DNA of 64,000 nt from Marsupella aquatica (Eukaryota > Plantae > Marchantiophyta): contig OZ316899.1 of the NCBI GenBank assembly GCA_973895155.1, positions 4,839,241-4,903,240 on the forward strand, in the 5' to 3' direction. Of this stretch, positions 1 through 11,922 are shown in pieces. The position numbers and the translations under genes are program-made. The notes under the pieces are model-generated. The model did no database searches. It was not told the origin of the DNA and worked only from the letters and a program-made list of their open reading frames with translations. Numbering within the stretch: the first letter of the stretch is position 1; every line of letters begins with the position of its first letter.

Positions 1-160
1 GCGCTCTTCAAGCTAAACTGCCCTAGTCCTGCTCTCAACGCCATGATTGCCCTTATTCTTGCCATCTCGCTGATCGTTCTACAGTCTGACAGTTACTTAC
101 TGTGCACAGCATACCAATTCCATCGTATTATTGAATAAGGACCATGTCACCGGCGTCACA
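1..160 (-). mobile_element. End of an LTR (reads TGTGACGCCGG on the minus strand) inserted into the copia gag-pol; rest lies outside the window
   Basis: Ends ...GGCGTCACA at 160, exactly where the copia ORF breaks. It shares CATGATTGCCCTTATTCTTGCCATC and GAATAAGGACCATGTCAyCGGCGTCACA with 45200-45319. Confidence 0.75.
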
Positions 161-1532
161 GTAATCCTGTGTCAGTTTTCTTTGTGATATGGAGGACTTC
201 TCTCTTGTTGTGTATGCTTGTATGAATGTGAAAGTTATTTGCCCTGATGTCATGGAAACTGATCAGGTTTCTGGTGGCTGTAGGTGCATAGATTGCTGAT
301 TCAATATGGAGGACTGTCCCTCTTGGGAATATGACAGTAGCTGGTCCGTGGCCATGTTCTATCTGTTTCTGGCCAGAGATTGTGGTGATAGTTCGGGATG
401 ATGGTGTGATGTTTTTGAAATGTTTTCTTTCTTTTAAAATGGTATGTGAGGTGCCGCTGTCTAGTATACAAATGGTTGGGTCTTTTGGGTAGGTTGTATT
501 GTTGCCATAGGTAGTGGTGTGGGCTTCAGGTGAAGGAGGGTCTGTCACATATTGTGTTAGGTCTTGTGGTAATTCGAGAAAATTTCCCTGGGGTTCTCTC
601 TGGGAATTATTGATACTATTCTGATAAAGTCTGACCAGGTGGGAGGGGGCCCTACAATCTGTTCTGGCATGTCCAAGTGTACCACATCGAAAACATTTGG
701 TGGAGTTGTTTTGCTTATCTGATATGCTGTTGTAGTTGGTTCTTCCGCGCCCTCTACCTCTGTCATTTCCTTGATTCTGCCATTGTTGCCTGTTGTTTGC
801 AGGATCATACATGCGTCCTCCACCCCTTCCTCTTTGGGATTGGGTTTTGCCTCTTCCTGCAAAACGTCCACCTCTCCCCCTGAAAGTACCCCTCCCCCTG
901 AATCCTCTTTGATTTTGACTATTATATTGTGATTCAGGTTTTGGTATAGGTGGGAGGGTACCTGGGGGTCTTGTCTTTGAATTTTTGAGGAGTAGTATTT
1001 GGTGCTTTTCGGCTAATAGCATTTGTGCGATTAGTTGAGAGTATCTTTCAAATGCCATGTTCCGGTATTGCGCAGCTAATACCAGATTTGCTGCATGGAA
1101 TGTTGACAGGGTTTTCTCGATCTGCTCCGCATCATCTACCGGTTGCCCGCAGACCGCGAGTTGTGCTACTATTCGAAACAGTTCGTTGTTATAGTCGGCA
1201 ATGGTCTTGTGGTCTTGGACCCTCAAATTTATCCAATCATGTCTCGTAGCTGGTAGAGAGATTAGCCGCATATGATCAAATTGAAGTTGCAATGATTCCC
1301 ATAACACTCTTGGATTATATTCATTTAAGTATTGTGTTTTCAAGGCATCTGCTAAGTGATGCCTGATGAAAACGAGTGTCTTTGCTTTCTCTTGAAGTGT
1401 GGGCCCATTATCAGTAGTTATAGATTCTTGTAGCGTTTTAGCGGATAAATGTGCCTCCATGTCTATAGACCATGTTAAATAATTTGATCTGTCAATAGCT
1501 AATGCTCGGAAGCTAAGTTTTTCTAGAGCCAT
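161..1532 (-). CDS. gag: Ty1/copia (Bianca-like) Gag + CCHC knuckle + aspartic protease, truncated by the LTR insertion at 160
   Basis: N-terminus LEKLSFRALAIDRSNYLTWSIDMEAHL, RGG-rich tract, CFRCGTLGHARTDC, ILDSGTSHTI. Closely similar to the 53829-55200 protein. Confidence 0.9.
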
Positions 1533-2016
1533 TTTGCTCTATCAATGTGGAATAAGACTTATCCTTTTCTTATGTTGATATTGCAATTCCGATTAACAAT
1601 TCTGATCAGCAATCATGGATGGATCAATTGAAGTTATTGGCCTGTGATTGAGTTGTTTGTATGCACAACTGTAAGTCGAACTTCCCTTTGTAGGCCAGAT
1701 CCAAATTTGAAAGGTCTTGCTCAAAGTGTTGTCTTTCCCAATTTCTTCCCGGTTCAATTTGAGAGTATCCAGAGGTACAGTCTTCAATAATCTGTGCGCT
1801 GTGTCTATTGCTTCCGGGCAATTCCAATCTCCTTTATTGAATTTGAATGTGGAATCAACTTCGGGAAATCCATCCAATTTCAATTCGTCCTGGTTTCAAT
1901 TTCATTCTGATTTTGGGAAATCATATGCTGGATCTGTAAGGGTAGTGTATTGGGAGAAAGTATGATGGGAATTTTCTATTCCCTCGCTTGGCCTACATTC
2001 ATTGCTCAAAATGAGA

Positions 2017-2029
2017 CGCGCTGATAACG
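2017..2029 (-). promoter_or_regulatory. Primer-binding site of the copia element (CGTTATCAGCGCG)
   Basis: Directly abuts the LTR end. Same motif as 53445-53457 and as the PBS I recall for the Bianca lineage (CGTTATCAGCACG). Confidence 0.75.
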
Positions 2030-2189
2030 TGTTACAAGGAGGACACCATAGGCAAGAGTTGCTCCAACCTCCAACTTCACTAATGATCATAATCTTGGAT
2101 ACACTTGTGGGGTTATAGGGAGGTGGTTATAACCACTCCTTAACCCATCTACCTAGGGTTAAATCAAGGGTTAACTTTAACTTATAACA
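2030..2189 (-). repeat. 5' LTR (about 160 bp) of copia element 1
   Basis: TGTTA...TAACA termini, adjacent to the PBS, same size as the other copia LTRs here. The partner LTR is outside the window. Confidence 0.7.
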
Positions 2190-2369
2190 CCTAGAAGGCT
2201 TAAGGGGAGTTTTTGAAGGTATGTACCCAGGAACAAGTAATGAACCCTAGGTACTTGTTGCCTAAGCATCCTCTCCTACAGAGGTCCTTCTTCTCAAAAT
2301 TGGAATGTCTGCAATCTCCAAGGTATCCACATCAGGTGCACTATGCAAGTACATTATTCAGGTTCAAAG

Positions 2370-3044
2370 CCAAGAAATATGATCTCTCATAGGAGTGTGC
2401 AAAGTAGGATCTATGGCATGGCGATGACAATAGAAGATCCATCAATCAACACCATGTGCAGAGTGATGATAGATGTGTCTGTCACAAGCATAGCCTTCTG
2501 CTTGACCATCCTTCAAACAATGAAAGTGCCACATGGTGGGACACCTAACACAGTGGACTATGTCCACCCAGAAATCTTCATTGTGCTGACCACATGCCTT
2601 GCACTTATGAAGTGGGCAAGCTGTGGCAAGATTGGGCAAACATGAAAAACAAAAGAACCTCACACAATATCTGTCAAGGCATTTCCTAACAAGTGGTGGA
2701 GCATCAACAGAGCCCTCATAAGACCCCAACTTCCCACACTGTGCACACTTAGCCTGCTTCTCCAAACAATCAGTGCACATCCAGCCTCCCTGGTGTGCTG
2801 ACGGGAGGCCCACCCCTGGACAGTTGTTTTTTGCAACAAGGTCATACTCCGGGTTGAGGTGGAAATGCCTCATGCAAGGGCCCTCACATATGGCTAAGCC
2901 CCCACCATTGTCACAAATGGCACAACAATGAGTTGCCTTCTAGAAAATCTAACGTGCTGAGAAGTTACTACCATCAGGCCCAACTACACCTGTGTTGCTC
3001 ACCTTTGTCCCCGGCTTCTTGGCTCGGATTTTAGGGCGTGCCAT
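2370..3044 (-). pseudogene. EDM2/NSD-type tandem PHD-finger gene fragment
   Basis: Reading upstream of the 2442..2873 ORF gives CAICDNGGGLAICEGPCMRHFH; the ORF contains CTDC, CAQCGKLGS, CPLHKCKAC and CVRCPTMWHFHCL. After one TGA the frame continues WIFYCHRHAIDPTLHTPMRDHI. This order matches the EDM2 PHD region as I recall it. Possible 63-nt intron 3002-2940. Confidence 0.8.
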
Positions 3045-4636
3045 GCCTACCCATGAGACAGATAGTACAATTTAGCAGAGTGCACAGACAATACAATTTA
3101 GCAGTGTACAAAAAGTACAATGTAGCATATAGACTAGAGTGGGATTGCTACTGCAATGAAATGATCACACACAAATGCAGAGTATACATACTTTTTGGTT
3201 TGTTGAGCCCACTCTGAAAACTTATCCCCGAGTACAATAGCTCCACCTACACCTCAATTTTGTGGCTATGATTCACCAAAGGAGATCTGCAACAAGATTT
3301 AATGCATTTGAATCACATACAATAGTCGTGACATGTAAAACAAACATTTTTCGAACATGATTGGTATCAAGCAGTGTGATCAGGGTTGTAATTTATACAT
3401 CCTAAATAGGCTATGATAGTGAATGAGACAAATAAGTTAGGCATAAATCACTTTTTCCAGGTTATCACATGGCTCATTAATTCCAGTCTTTGAAAGGAGA
3501 CTTTTAAGTGAGCTTGCTAGCCTCTTAAATTAGGATATTCTACTTAGTGCAGCCATAATAGGATAAGTTATGTACTGTTGACCCTAAACCCTGGACCCAA
3601 AATTGCTCATAATTCATGTCAGACCCTCGCTTATGAGCTAATAAGCCTTATTGTACTAAAAGCTTGCACTTGATAGCTCTTTATCACCAAGAACTACGGG
3701 AGGGACGCTCCATAAGAAGGAACTACCTCTATTTCCATTAAGCCTTTGCTTCTCCTTGAGACTGTGCAGATGTATTTGGTTTCCGTCACCAGAAATGGGT
3801 ATTCTTTGGTTTCCACCGCTGGAAATGTCCCCCTACCCGGCAAGACAACTAATCTAGGTCTCCCTTTCCCAAAGAGAAGACTTCTGGACTCACAACAATC
3901 ATATGAGCAACATGCTAGACCACAAGGGCCTCAAGATTTCAGATGAGTGCACATCAACAATTTTTTTCCCAGAAATGCGCTGAAATTTCATAAGAATTTC
4001 AAAGGAAGTACATGGGTAGGTTGTCACTACCTACTTGCTATACTTTAGCTTCTTCAACTCCTACTACTTAACACTATGGTCCTTCCAGACCTCAAGGCCC
4101 CTAAGGTCTCTTAGTGCTACTCCTTGATTCTCCATACTTGGACCCACACAAAGTAACTCACACCAACTTAAGTACTCCTTGCTTGGCTTCAACTCATCAC
4201 AAAGTCCAAAACCACCCCAAAGGCCAGCAAGTGACTTACCACTAAAAAAAGACCAGCCCACCTTTCAAGGGGGTCAAAGATCCTTACTTATCCTCCTAAC
4301 TATCTCACTAACTCACTTGTTTGTCTTACCTAACTAATGAGCTAGTTGGTGGCCTTTTGAAAGCCTAAATCAACTCCTTGATTTTAGCCCTTCATTCAGG
4401 TCCACCTCACCTCCTGACTTGGCTGTCCTATCCCTCCAAATCAGGGACTAAGTCAGCCTCCAAAGTACAGTCATCCCTATCTACCAAATAGCTCTAAAAA
4501 TAGTAGAGGGATCAACTTCCAATGGCCCTCCAAGTTCCTCCAAAGTCTCCATGTAACTCAGGTCCTTAGGTACCCTCCCAGTTGGCTTTAAGGACTCCAC
4601 TCCTTACCCTCCTTACTCCTGGACTCCAGAACCAGC

Positions 4637-5044
4637 CTAGGTCCCCTTGACATGGAAGAGCCCTTCTCCAGGCCTCACCCATCCGATTAGGGCCTTGCGA
4701 ATGACCCAAGCATGGTACCTCCTTACCATACTGGTTAGTGGCTTGGTAATCTGGTTGTCCTCTCTGAAATGCTTGAGGTACACCTTGGTGAAAGCCCTCA
4801 GATTTGAACTTCTGCCCCTCTTGTCCACCTTTGAGCAAGCTAGGTATTGGGCCAGCCAAATGTCGGGGTCGGCATTTGCTCTCCCATGCTTACTCCACAA
4901 GGTGAACTTAGCCTTGTGGACCAGGGGAGGAAAATGCTGATCAGGCAGCCCTCTTGGATCAGGAACTCTGGGATAAGCCATGCACTTTGATTGTAGTCCC
5001 ACTTGACCTCCTTTTAGAGCCTTACCACGATCAAAACCTCTCAA
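4637..5044 (-). pseudogene. Fragment of an unknown ORF inside the solo LTR
   Basis: 135-aa open segment bounded by stops in a longer coding-like frame. No recognisable domain. Confidence 0.35.
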
Positions 5045-5659
5045 GTAGCTGGCAATATTAAACTGTTATACAACCTGACTTCCAAGAGAATCTTAGTGAA
5101 CTCCCAATCCTCCTAGCTTGTGCCAGCCTCTACCCACCATCGATAGCTTTCCAATGTATTTAAAAGTACTCCGATTGAGTCTAAACTAAGCGAGTTATTC
5201 AGGTTTCAGCAGAACCCATCGATATCGTCACTTTAAACTAGGGTCAGCCTTATCTCAAGGCTTAGTTACTGGTGTAAACTCGGTTTGCCTGACCCTGCAT
5301 GTGTAAACTCAGGTGTACAAAGCCAAATAGTAACCCCGTGAGACTACAAACGTAAAGGCCCAGTACTCCTGTGAAATATAAGCCCTGGTCTTGACAGTAA
5401 ATGCATGGGTGAACGGAGAGAAAGAACTCATGGAAATAGGAGAATGAATGCTTCCCATCTATGGTAGAGTCAACTGCCTGATTCAGTTTGGAGCAAGGAG
5501 AGAACTAAGCTAGGACTTAGAGAACTGAACTTGTTTGAAGGGATCGTGGCTTATTTGAAGGAAGTCTGGCTGGTGCTTCTGTTCATACCAGCCCTCCATT
5601 CTCACAAAAAATATCTCCCTTCCATGTGTTCTTCTCTCGATTGTCGGTTGACCTTGGTA

Positions 5660-5805
5660 GCATTCAGTTCTTGAGTCCAAAGAGCAGCCATTCTAATTTC
5701 AGAAATATCTCTATGGACTTGATCTTGCATTCAATTCTTGAGTCCAAAGAGCAGCCATTCTAATTTCAGAAATATCTCTATGGACTTGATCCTGCATTCA
5801 ATTCC
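5660..5805. repeat. Tandem duplication, 67-bp unit, about 2.2 copies
   Basis: GCATTCArTTCTTGAGTCCAAAGAGCAGCC... units start at 5660, 5727 and 5794. Confidence 0.9.
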
Positions 5806-8800
5806 TGAAGTTAAGGGCCACAGCTCAGATTTCTTGTCAATCACCCTAGCTGAGGAAATGGTCTTCTAGCTGTCCACTGTTGCCACCTCGAAGTTCCCCT
5901 ATAGAAGGTGCAAGTTGATTTTGCCTGAAGAGCCCCCTTGTTAGCAGTCGATGACTTCTCCTTTCTGTAAAATATTCTCTCTGATTCAGAAATTTCAATC
6001 TTCTCTATTAATTTCCCTTCCAGCCTTTGCTTTCCCTTCAATCTCCTCCTTTAATTCGTGCTCCAGAATTTCCTCTTCTAGTTCAGGTCTTCTGATTCTC
6101 CTTGAGCCCAGCATTCCAGCCCAGTTCTTCTTACTTGATTTGGTGGAGTATTGGCTCTCCATTCAGCTGCAGCGTTGAGCTCCATTCTCCCTTCAATTTC
6201 ACTTTGATTTTTGCTCTATTGAATTCTGGGCTCGACACCTGGCCTTAGCTAGCTCTTTTACATTGTAACCCTGCCCTTTACAGATGTAAATGAGTCCACC
6301 ACGTTTCTCTACGCAGCTGAATTACCCCTTTGTATGCACAAAGAACATTCCTCCGTTTAAGTCTCCTTTTAAGTGCTACTTATGGCATTTAACATTAGCC
6401 ATCTTCGCCTATAGCTCAAAACTCACTCATAAGAAAACAAAACTATTATGAACATACTCCTGGCTTTCCTAGCCCTAGGGCTTCCTAAAACAATTCTTAG
6501 AATTGATATATAACTAAACTTGGCTTTTCTATAATTGTTCAAAGTCTGCAATCCGTCATAATTCATAGATATTTTTACAGAATTCGGACCACTCCCAAAA
6601 AGTATCTATAAGTCCAAAACTAGGTTTAGTAATTCTAAGGGATAGTGTTAGGTATAGTAACACCATGGCTAGCCTTCAAAATACATTTTTTGCTCTATGG
6701 CTATTTTCCCTAGGTCCTGCAAGTTGGCTATTTTAAGTTTTGTTCCACTGTAAATAGCTTCTAATTGAACGGTCGAAATGACTTGCACTTTTACAAGGGT
6801 TTTCCAGGGCCTGCCTAGAACCTTCAGAAAAAATCTCAGCCTAAATTACAAACTCTAAGGATCTGATTACCTATCTAATCCACTAATCCACTGTTAAGTT
6901 AACCGTGGTTTAAACTAATGAAACTTTCTTACTCTGCTTTACTGAAGACAGTTTACTTCAGTTTCACTTCTACTTCCCACTCATTTACAGGCATAATATG
7001 CTTACTTAGAACAAAAAAGAAAATATCTAACCTAAAACTAATTTAACCCACTAATTGAGCGGCTCACAATTCAAAATTTTAAGTAAATATCCTCTTTGTT
7101 CAAGTCAGAGTGTTAAGTTATAGGTCAATGGTCTCTGGTCTGTGCATGCGGTGAGACAAGTGGTCCTCTAGAGCGTGTGATCCAAACATGTGTAGACACC
7201 AAAGTCACCGGTGTTGGGGTCTGGGAGGGCAGGACAAGTGACATCGCCAGGCACACTGCAGGATGGCGAGTGGTTCCAGATGATACATGTGCTCTGTGCA
7301 AAAACCGACATCCAAGAGAACGGTCATCCAACTCTGGGCCAGAAGCCCTACAGGCAGGACAGTCATATTGGCAACTGTGCACACACCCTTGGCACCTAAT
7401 TTGTGGTGGGTCATGTACAAGAGACACAAATACCAAGGATGTCGAGAAGGGTACTGAACCAGGTAGAGGCCACCTGTAGTTGTTCCTGGAAACAACAGGG
7501 TACTCAAAGTACCACGCAGACTGGGCTGGAAGGATCCCAAGTCTGACATACCCAAGGCGCAACATCTCTGCCTTGCGTGCAAGCCGCACATGTTCAGCAT
7601 TGCGGGTCCTCACCATAAATGCTACTTTTGTGGAGATGTCCTCTTTTCACGTCCTCTGATAAGCACCTTCGATCAGCAAGGTGAGCAGGAGCTGTACTTG
7701 CCTCACCAACAGCAACCAACCTTAAATTATCAGTTCCCACTCACTGTGTCATTCCCTTGGTTCCAACTAGAGGTCATAGTATAAACATAGCATGAAACAG
7801 TCCTAATCAACTTGCTTACAAACTACAATATCCAGAAAGAGTGAAAGTCTCACCCTGCAGTGAGCAACAGAGAGGTAGTTCACTGGATGTGTTGATGTGC
7901 AGTTAAACCTCCACTATTGCTTACTTCCGGTGTATGCTGCTCATAAGAAGACATCTTAGTAGCAGAAAATGTAGTCTTACTAATACTTCACCTTCTGACT
8001 GAATTCTAGAGGATAGTTGAATTGCCAATTATAGCAGGATGAGAATGAGTGTGAGAAAAATGCCAACACCATAGGCAATTAAGCAATGAAAAAGTAACAG
8101 GGCTGGGCAACGTACTGCACTTAGGCCACCAACCAGCACTTGGTGTAGCGGCCTGAACTTTCACAATTAAACCTACACTTGGACAGTTAAAACATATAAA
8201 CTTTTGCTAGGAAACCTTGATGAGTCTAGGGAGGGGATAAATGCTCTCAGTTCATATTGAAGCTCAATTTTTGTTTAAGTCAATTGGAATGATGGCAGAA
8301 TGCCTTATTCACTTTGCTGAAACTCAGCAGGTCAAAGCGACAGTTGCAATGAAGGACACTATGTACATAGACACAATTAAGACAAGAATACTTCAATCTA
8401 TATTGGAATCAAAGTTGCACAACTTACCAGGAAAAAGGGGCAGTTGGAGTAGGAGCTCTACAACAAAGGCACCACCACAAAGAATGCTAAAAGATGTCAA
8501 CTGCCCATAGCTGAAGGTAAACACTGTGAGCTTTTGAAAATAGACAAGGCATGAGGGATTCATCCAATGTCCCACTTCAAGGCAAGACAAAACTATTCAT
8601 CCATCACATCAGTGCTCCACAGGAATGAAACCAAGCAAAATTTGGTGACCTCGGCTGATGACAAGGCCAATGTAGTTCACAATCCTTTACCGATCAGGAT
8701 ATGGATTGGAATTACAATTAGTCAGCTCTTCTTCTTTGTTTTCTAACTCTGGGGGAAATGAGCATGACCAGGGAATTCTTTGAGAAATAGAAGTGCACAG

Positions 8801-10232
8801 GGAAAATGAAATTGACTCATTGAGCTGCGCAAGACTGACCACTGCAGCATACTTGGACAGTTGTTCTGCAATCCATAAAATACCCTGACTTACATGCAAT
8901 CTGTACACAGCTTTTGTTGGCTGTCCGCAGCTCACGGCAGTGGCGTTGGGACAGGGTAAGTGAATATTGCCATAGCTGAAGCACATAGAGCTTGCAGCAA
9001 GAAGTGAAGGAGCATGGCCAAAAGCAGGAAAGACAGACACTTAATTGTTCTTCCCTAATACACTGAAGAATTGGTGCAAAACTTGGGCAGTCAAAGGGGA
9101 GAGAGGGAGAGGGATTGAGAGACAGAGCTAAACGCGTCTCTTGGCAACGGGAAACCATGACTCATGGACTAACAGAATGATTGGGTAGCATGGCAAAAGG
9201 AAAGACAAATTTCAAAATGACAACATGGCCCGCTTGAGCCCTTCATTTGACGTTGCTAGGTGTCCGTAAGATGACTGACCGGAAGACAATCCCAACAACC
9301 TCATATGACAGACTGCTTTTCTAGTGTGAAGAAATACATGATTACAAGCAACACCATACCTCATCCAAGCAGGGAATTGAAAACAGAACCATGTCATTCC
9401 TGTATTTGACAATGTCCTCTGACATTGCACTGGATAGTTGTTATTCCATGTTGGTTGTCAATAGTTTGTTGGCTTGGCACAGCCTAGATAGAACAATAAT
9501 ATCCTGTACATGAATACAACAACAAAAATCTGCATACAACGATGGCCCGATCACTTGAGGCTTTCGAGCCCTCACAATGTCAGATGGTACCAGGATCTAC
9601 AGGGGATGCTAAATGGCTTCTCTCAAATCATGGAGTCTTGAATAACTCATATCCAGCGACAAACAAACTCAACAAATTCTGAATTCCTACTAGTGAATCC
9701 AATCAGAATCGGCAATTTCAGCAGCTTCGACTGCCAAGACAAATCTTAATGAATTTCATTGTGTTGGGGTTTTCCATAACTCTTCAGCCATAGGGAGAAT
9801 GTGCTGAACCTAATCTACCATTCAATCGAGCAAGTTGTATGCTACGGAGGTATGACGTTGCTCAAAATAGGATGGACCAGAGGAGATGTGGCTACTATGC
9901 AGCCAGCTGAGAACAGAGCGGAGTGGATCTGCTTGAGCTCTGCTACTTGTTGTTTGGTTTTTGTGCATGAGTGTAAGGAGTGGGTGCGCAAGCCAGGGCC
10001 TATAGTAACCTTCAGCCTGTAGACGCAATGAAAGTATTCAACAGACAACCCAACAAAACAATGTGGAACTAAAGTTGTTGGAAAAGGGATGAAAGAAGCG
10101 CACTTTCAGCTGCATGGTCGGGACTAACCTTTGGCTGATGACACTGATAACCAATGGCAGCACTGTCAACTGCTTCCTCCTAACAAACAACCAGCTCCCA
10201 ATTTTGCAACTGCTCTTTAAGCTCCACAACCT

Positions 10233-10470
10233 CCTTCACAACTCCAATGTCCACCTTCCGCAGCAGCAACGATTGCCTCCCTGCTCAGCCTCCTTTCAAT
10301 GCCTCCGCGAGCTCAAGGACCCATTGCAGTCCACCTTCCGTAGTGGTCGCCTTCCACAGCGCCTTCACAACTCCAATGTCCACCTTCCGTAGCAGCAAAC
10401 GATTGTCGCCCTGCTCACGCCTCCTTTGAATGCCTCCGCAACCTTAAGGACCCACTACAATTAAACTTCC
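10233..10470. repeat. Tandem duplication, about 129-bp unit, about 1.8 copies
   Basis: CCTTCACAACTCCAATGTCCACCTTCCG recurs near 10233 and 10362 with colinear downstream sequence. Confidence 0.85.
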
Positions 10471-11287
10471 ACAACAATCGCCTCACCTTACGATAGACCT
10501 TGGCACCCTAAACACCTTCCCAGATCACAACTGCTCCCTCAGCTAAACCCTCAGCGTCTCAATCCCCAAATCACAGCTCCTCCCGAATTGCAACTCGCTA
10601 AAAACCTAAGCACTCAGGAGTGCCCTCAACAATGTTGCCATTGCGCTGCACATTGCCCTGTCGCACAACATTTCTCATAAGGAATGGAATGACCTAAGCA
10701 CTCAGGATTACCCTGGACATTGGCGTTGCGCTCCACATTGCCTTGCTGCACATCGTTTCTTGGTAGAAATGGAGAAATCTGGACCTCCGACACAATCTAC
10801 AAATCCTTTTTGCAAGCAACTGGCCCTCTCCTCAACAGCTCGCGATGGTAGCACGACCTTCTTGAAACAAATGGCAACACCAAGTCGCTCTGGGTGCAGC
10901 CACAACACATCGGCAGTGCGGGTCAGGAGAAATGTACAACAATGAGAGGCCCTTCTCTCAAAAATCCTCAAAGAATGAAGCCCTCGCGACTAGCTCCGAT
11001 CGAAGGTGCAATAGCCACAACCTTCTTAGCCCTACAGCCAAAACCTAAATCCAACGTAAAACCCCGAACCTTGGACCCCTCACGTTTTGCGTCCAATGAC
11101 GATGGCCCAAACACTCCAAAGTCACTCCCAAAGACCAGTTTAGTGCCTCTTTACCAGATTAGGGGACTTAAGTCATTAACAGGAGCCACTCAGCCTTACC
11201 GTTTGAGTGAGCCGCTGAGTGTCACCCAAAGTAAGACACCACTACAAAGTGTTACTACTGGGCCATCTTGGGTATGTTACTGATTAT

Positions 11288-11555
11288 TCTTGGCTTGGAA
11301 AAGTTCAATAAACTGGGATGTTGGTGAAGTAGAGCCGGCTATGAATTGAAAATCATGCTAGCCCAAAAATATTGGGTATGCGTGCACCCGGTTCTTGGCT
11401 TGGCAAACTTGAAAAGAACGGGATGTTGGTGACCCCCACCCCCTTCAGACCTAACCGGCCCACCCTTGACATATAAACCCCACTAAACCACCTTTAGTGG
11501 TGACCATCCACACCCTTCACATATAACCGGCCCACCCTTGAGATGTAAACCACTA
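11288..11555. repeat. Short direct repeats upstream of CACTA TnpD (possible subterminal repeats)
   Basis: TTCTTGGCTTGG...GGGATGTTGGTGA occurs twice and TAACCGGCCCACCCTTGA occurs twice. Confidence 0.6.
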
Positions 11556-11922
11556 TGGATTATATGAGACATTAGGGCATTTAGACATGTAGTGAGTTTG
11601 TACGTGTTCAATATAGCGGACGTAAACCCCCCATATGCCCATTATCAAATTGAAGCCCACAACTAAACCCTACAACACTCATGTGCGAGAGTGTTCACCC
11701 TTTCACAAAGTAGGGTACGTGGAAACTTTTCATAGTCTTATCCTAAACCAAAAAGCACTCACAGTCTTTTGTAGTGTTCATGGGAACCGGTGCAATGGTT
11801 CTGAGTCATTTGAAGTTGTAAAAAAGGACTTAGTGGCCTTAGTCCTATAAGGTTTGGTCTAAATTGCCCCGGTTTCTACTAGTGTATGGCGTCGACAGAC
11901 TGCAGCCTGTAGAGGTGTTGGG

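Larger units (their letters stand above)
3617..7068 (-). mobile_element. 3.45-kb solo LTR with degenerate internal ORF fragments
   Basis: TGTCAG...CTCACA termini flanked by a perfect 5-bp TSD ATTCA (3612-3616, 7069-7073). No gag/pol motifs inside. Confidence 0.8.

Noticed and set aside
7177-7479. RING-like finger in the plus-strand ORF
   Set aside because: Cys/His spacing does not fit a RING consensus and there is no supporting context.
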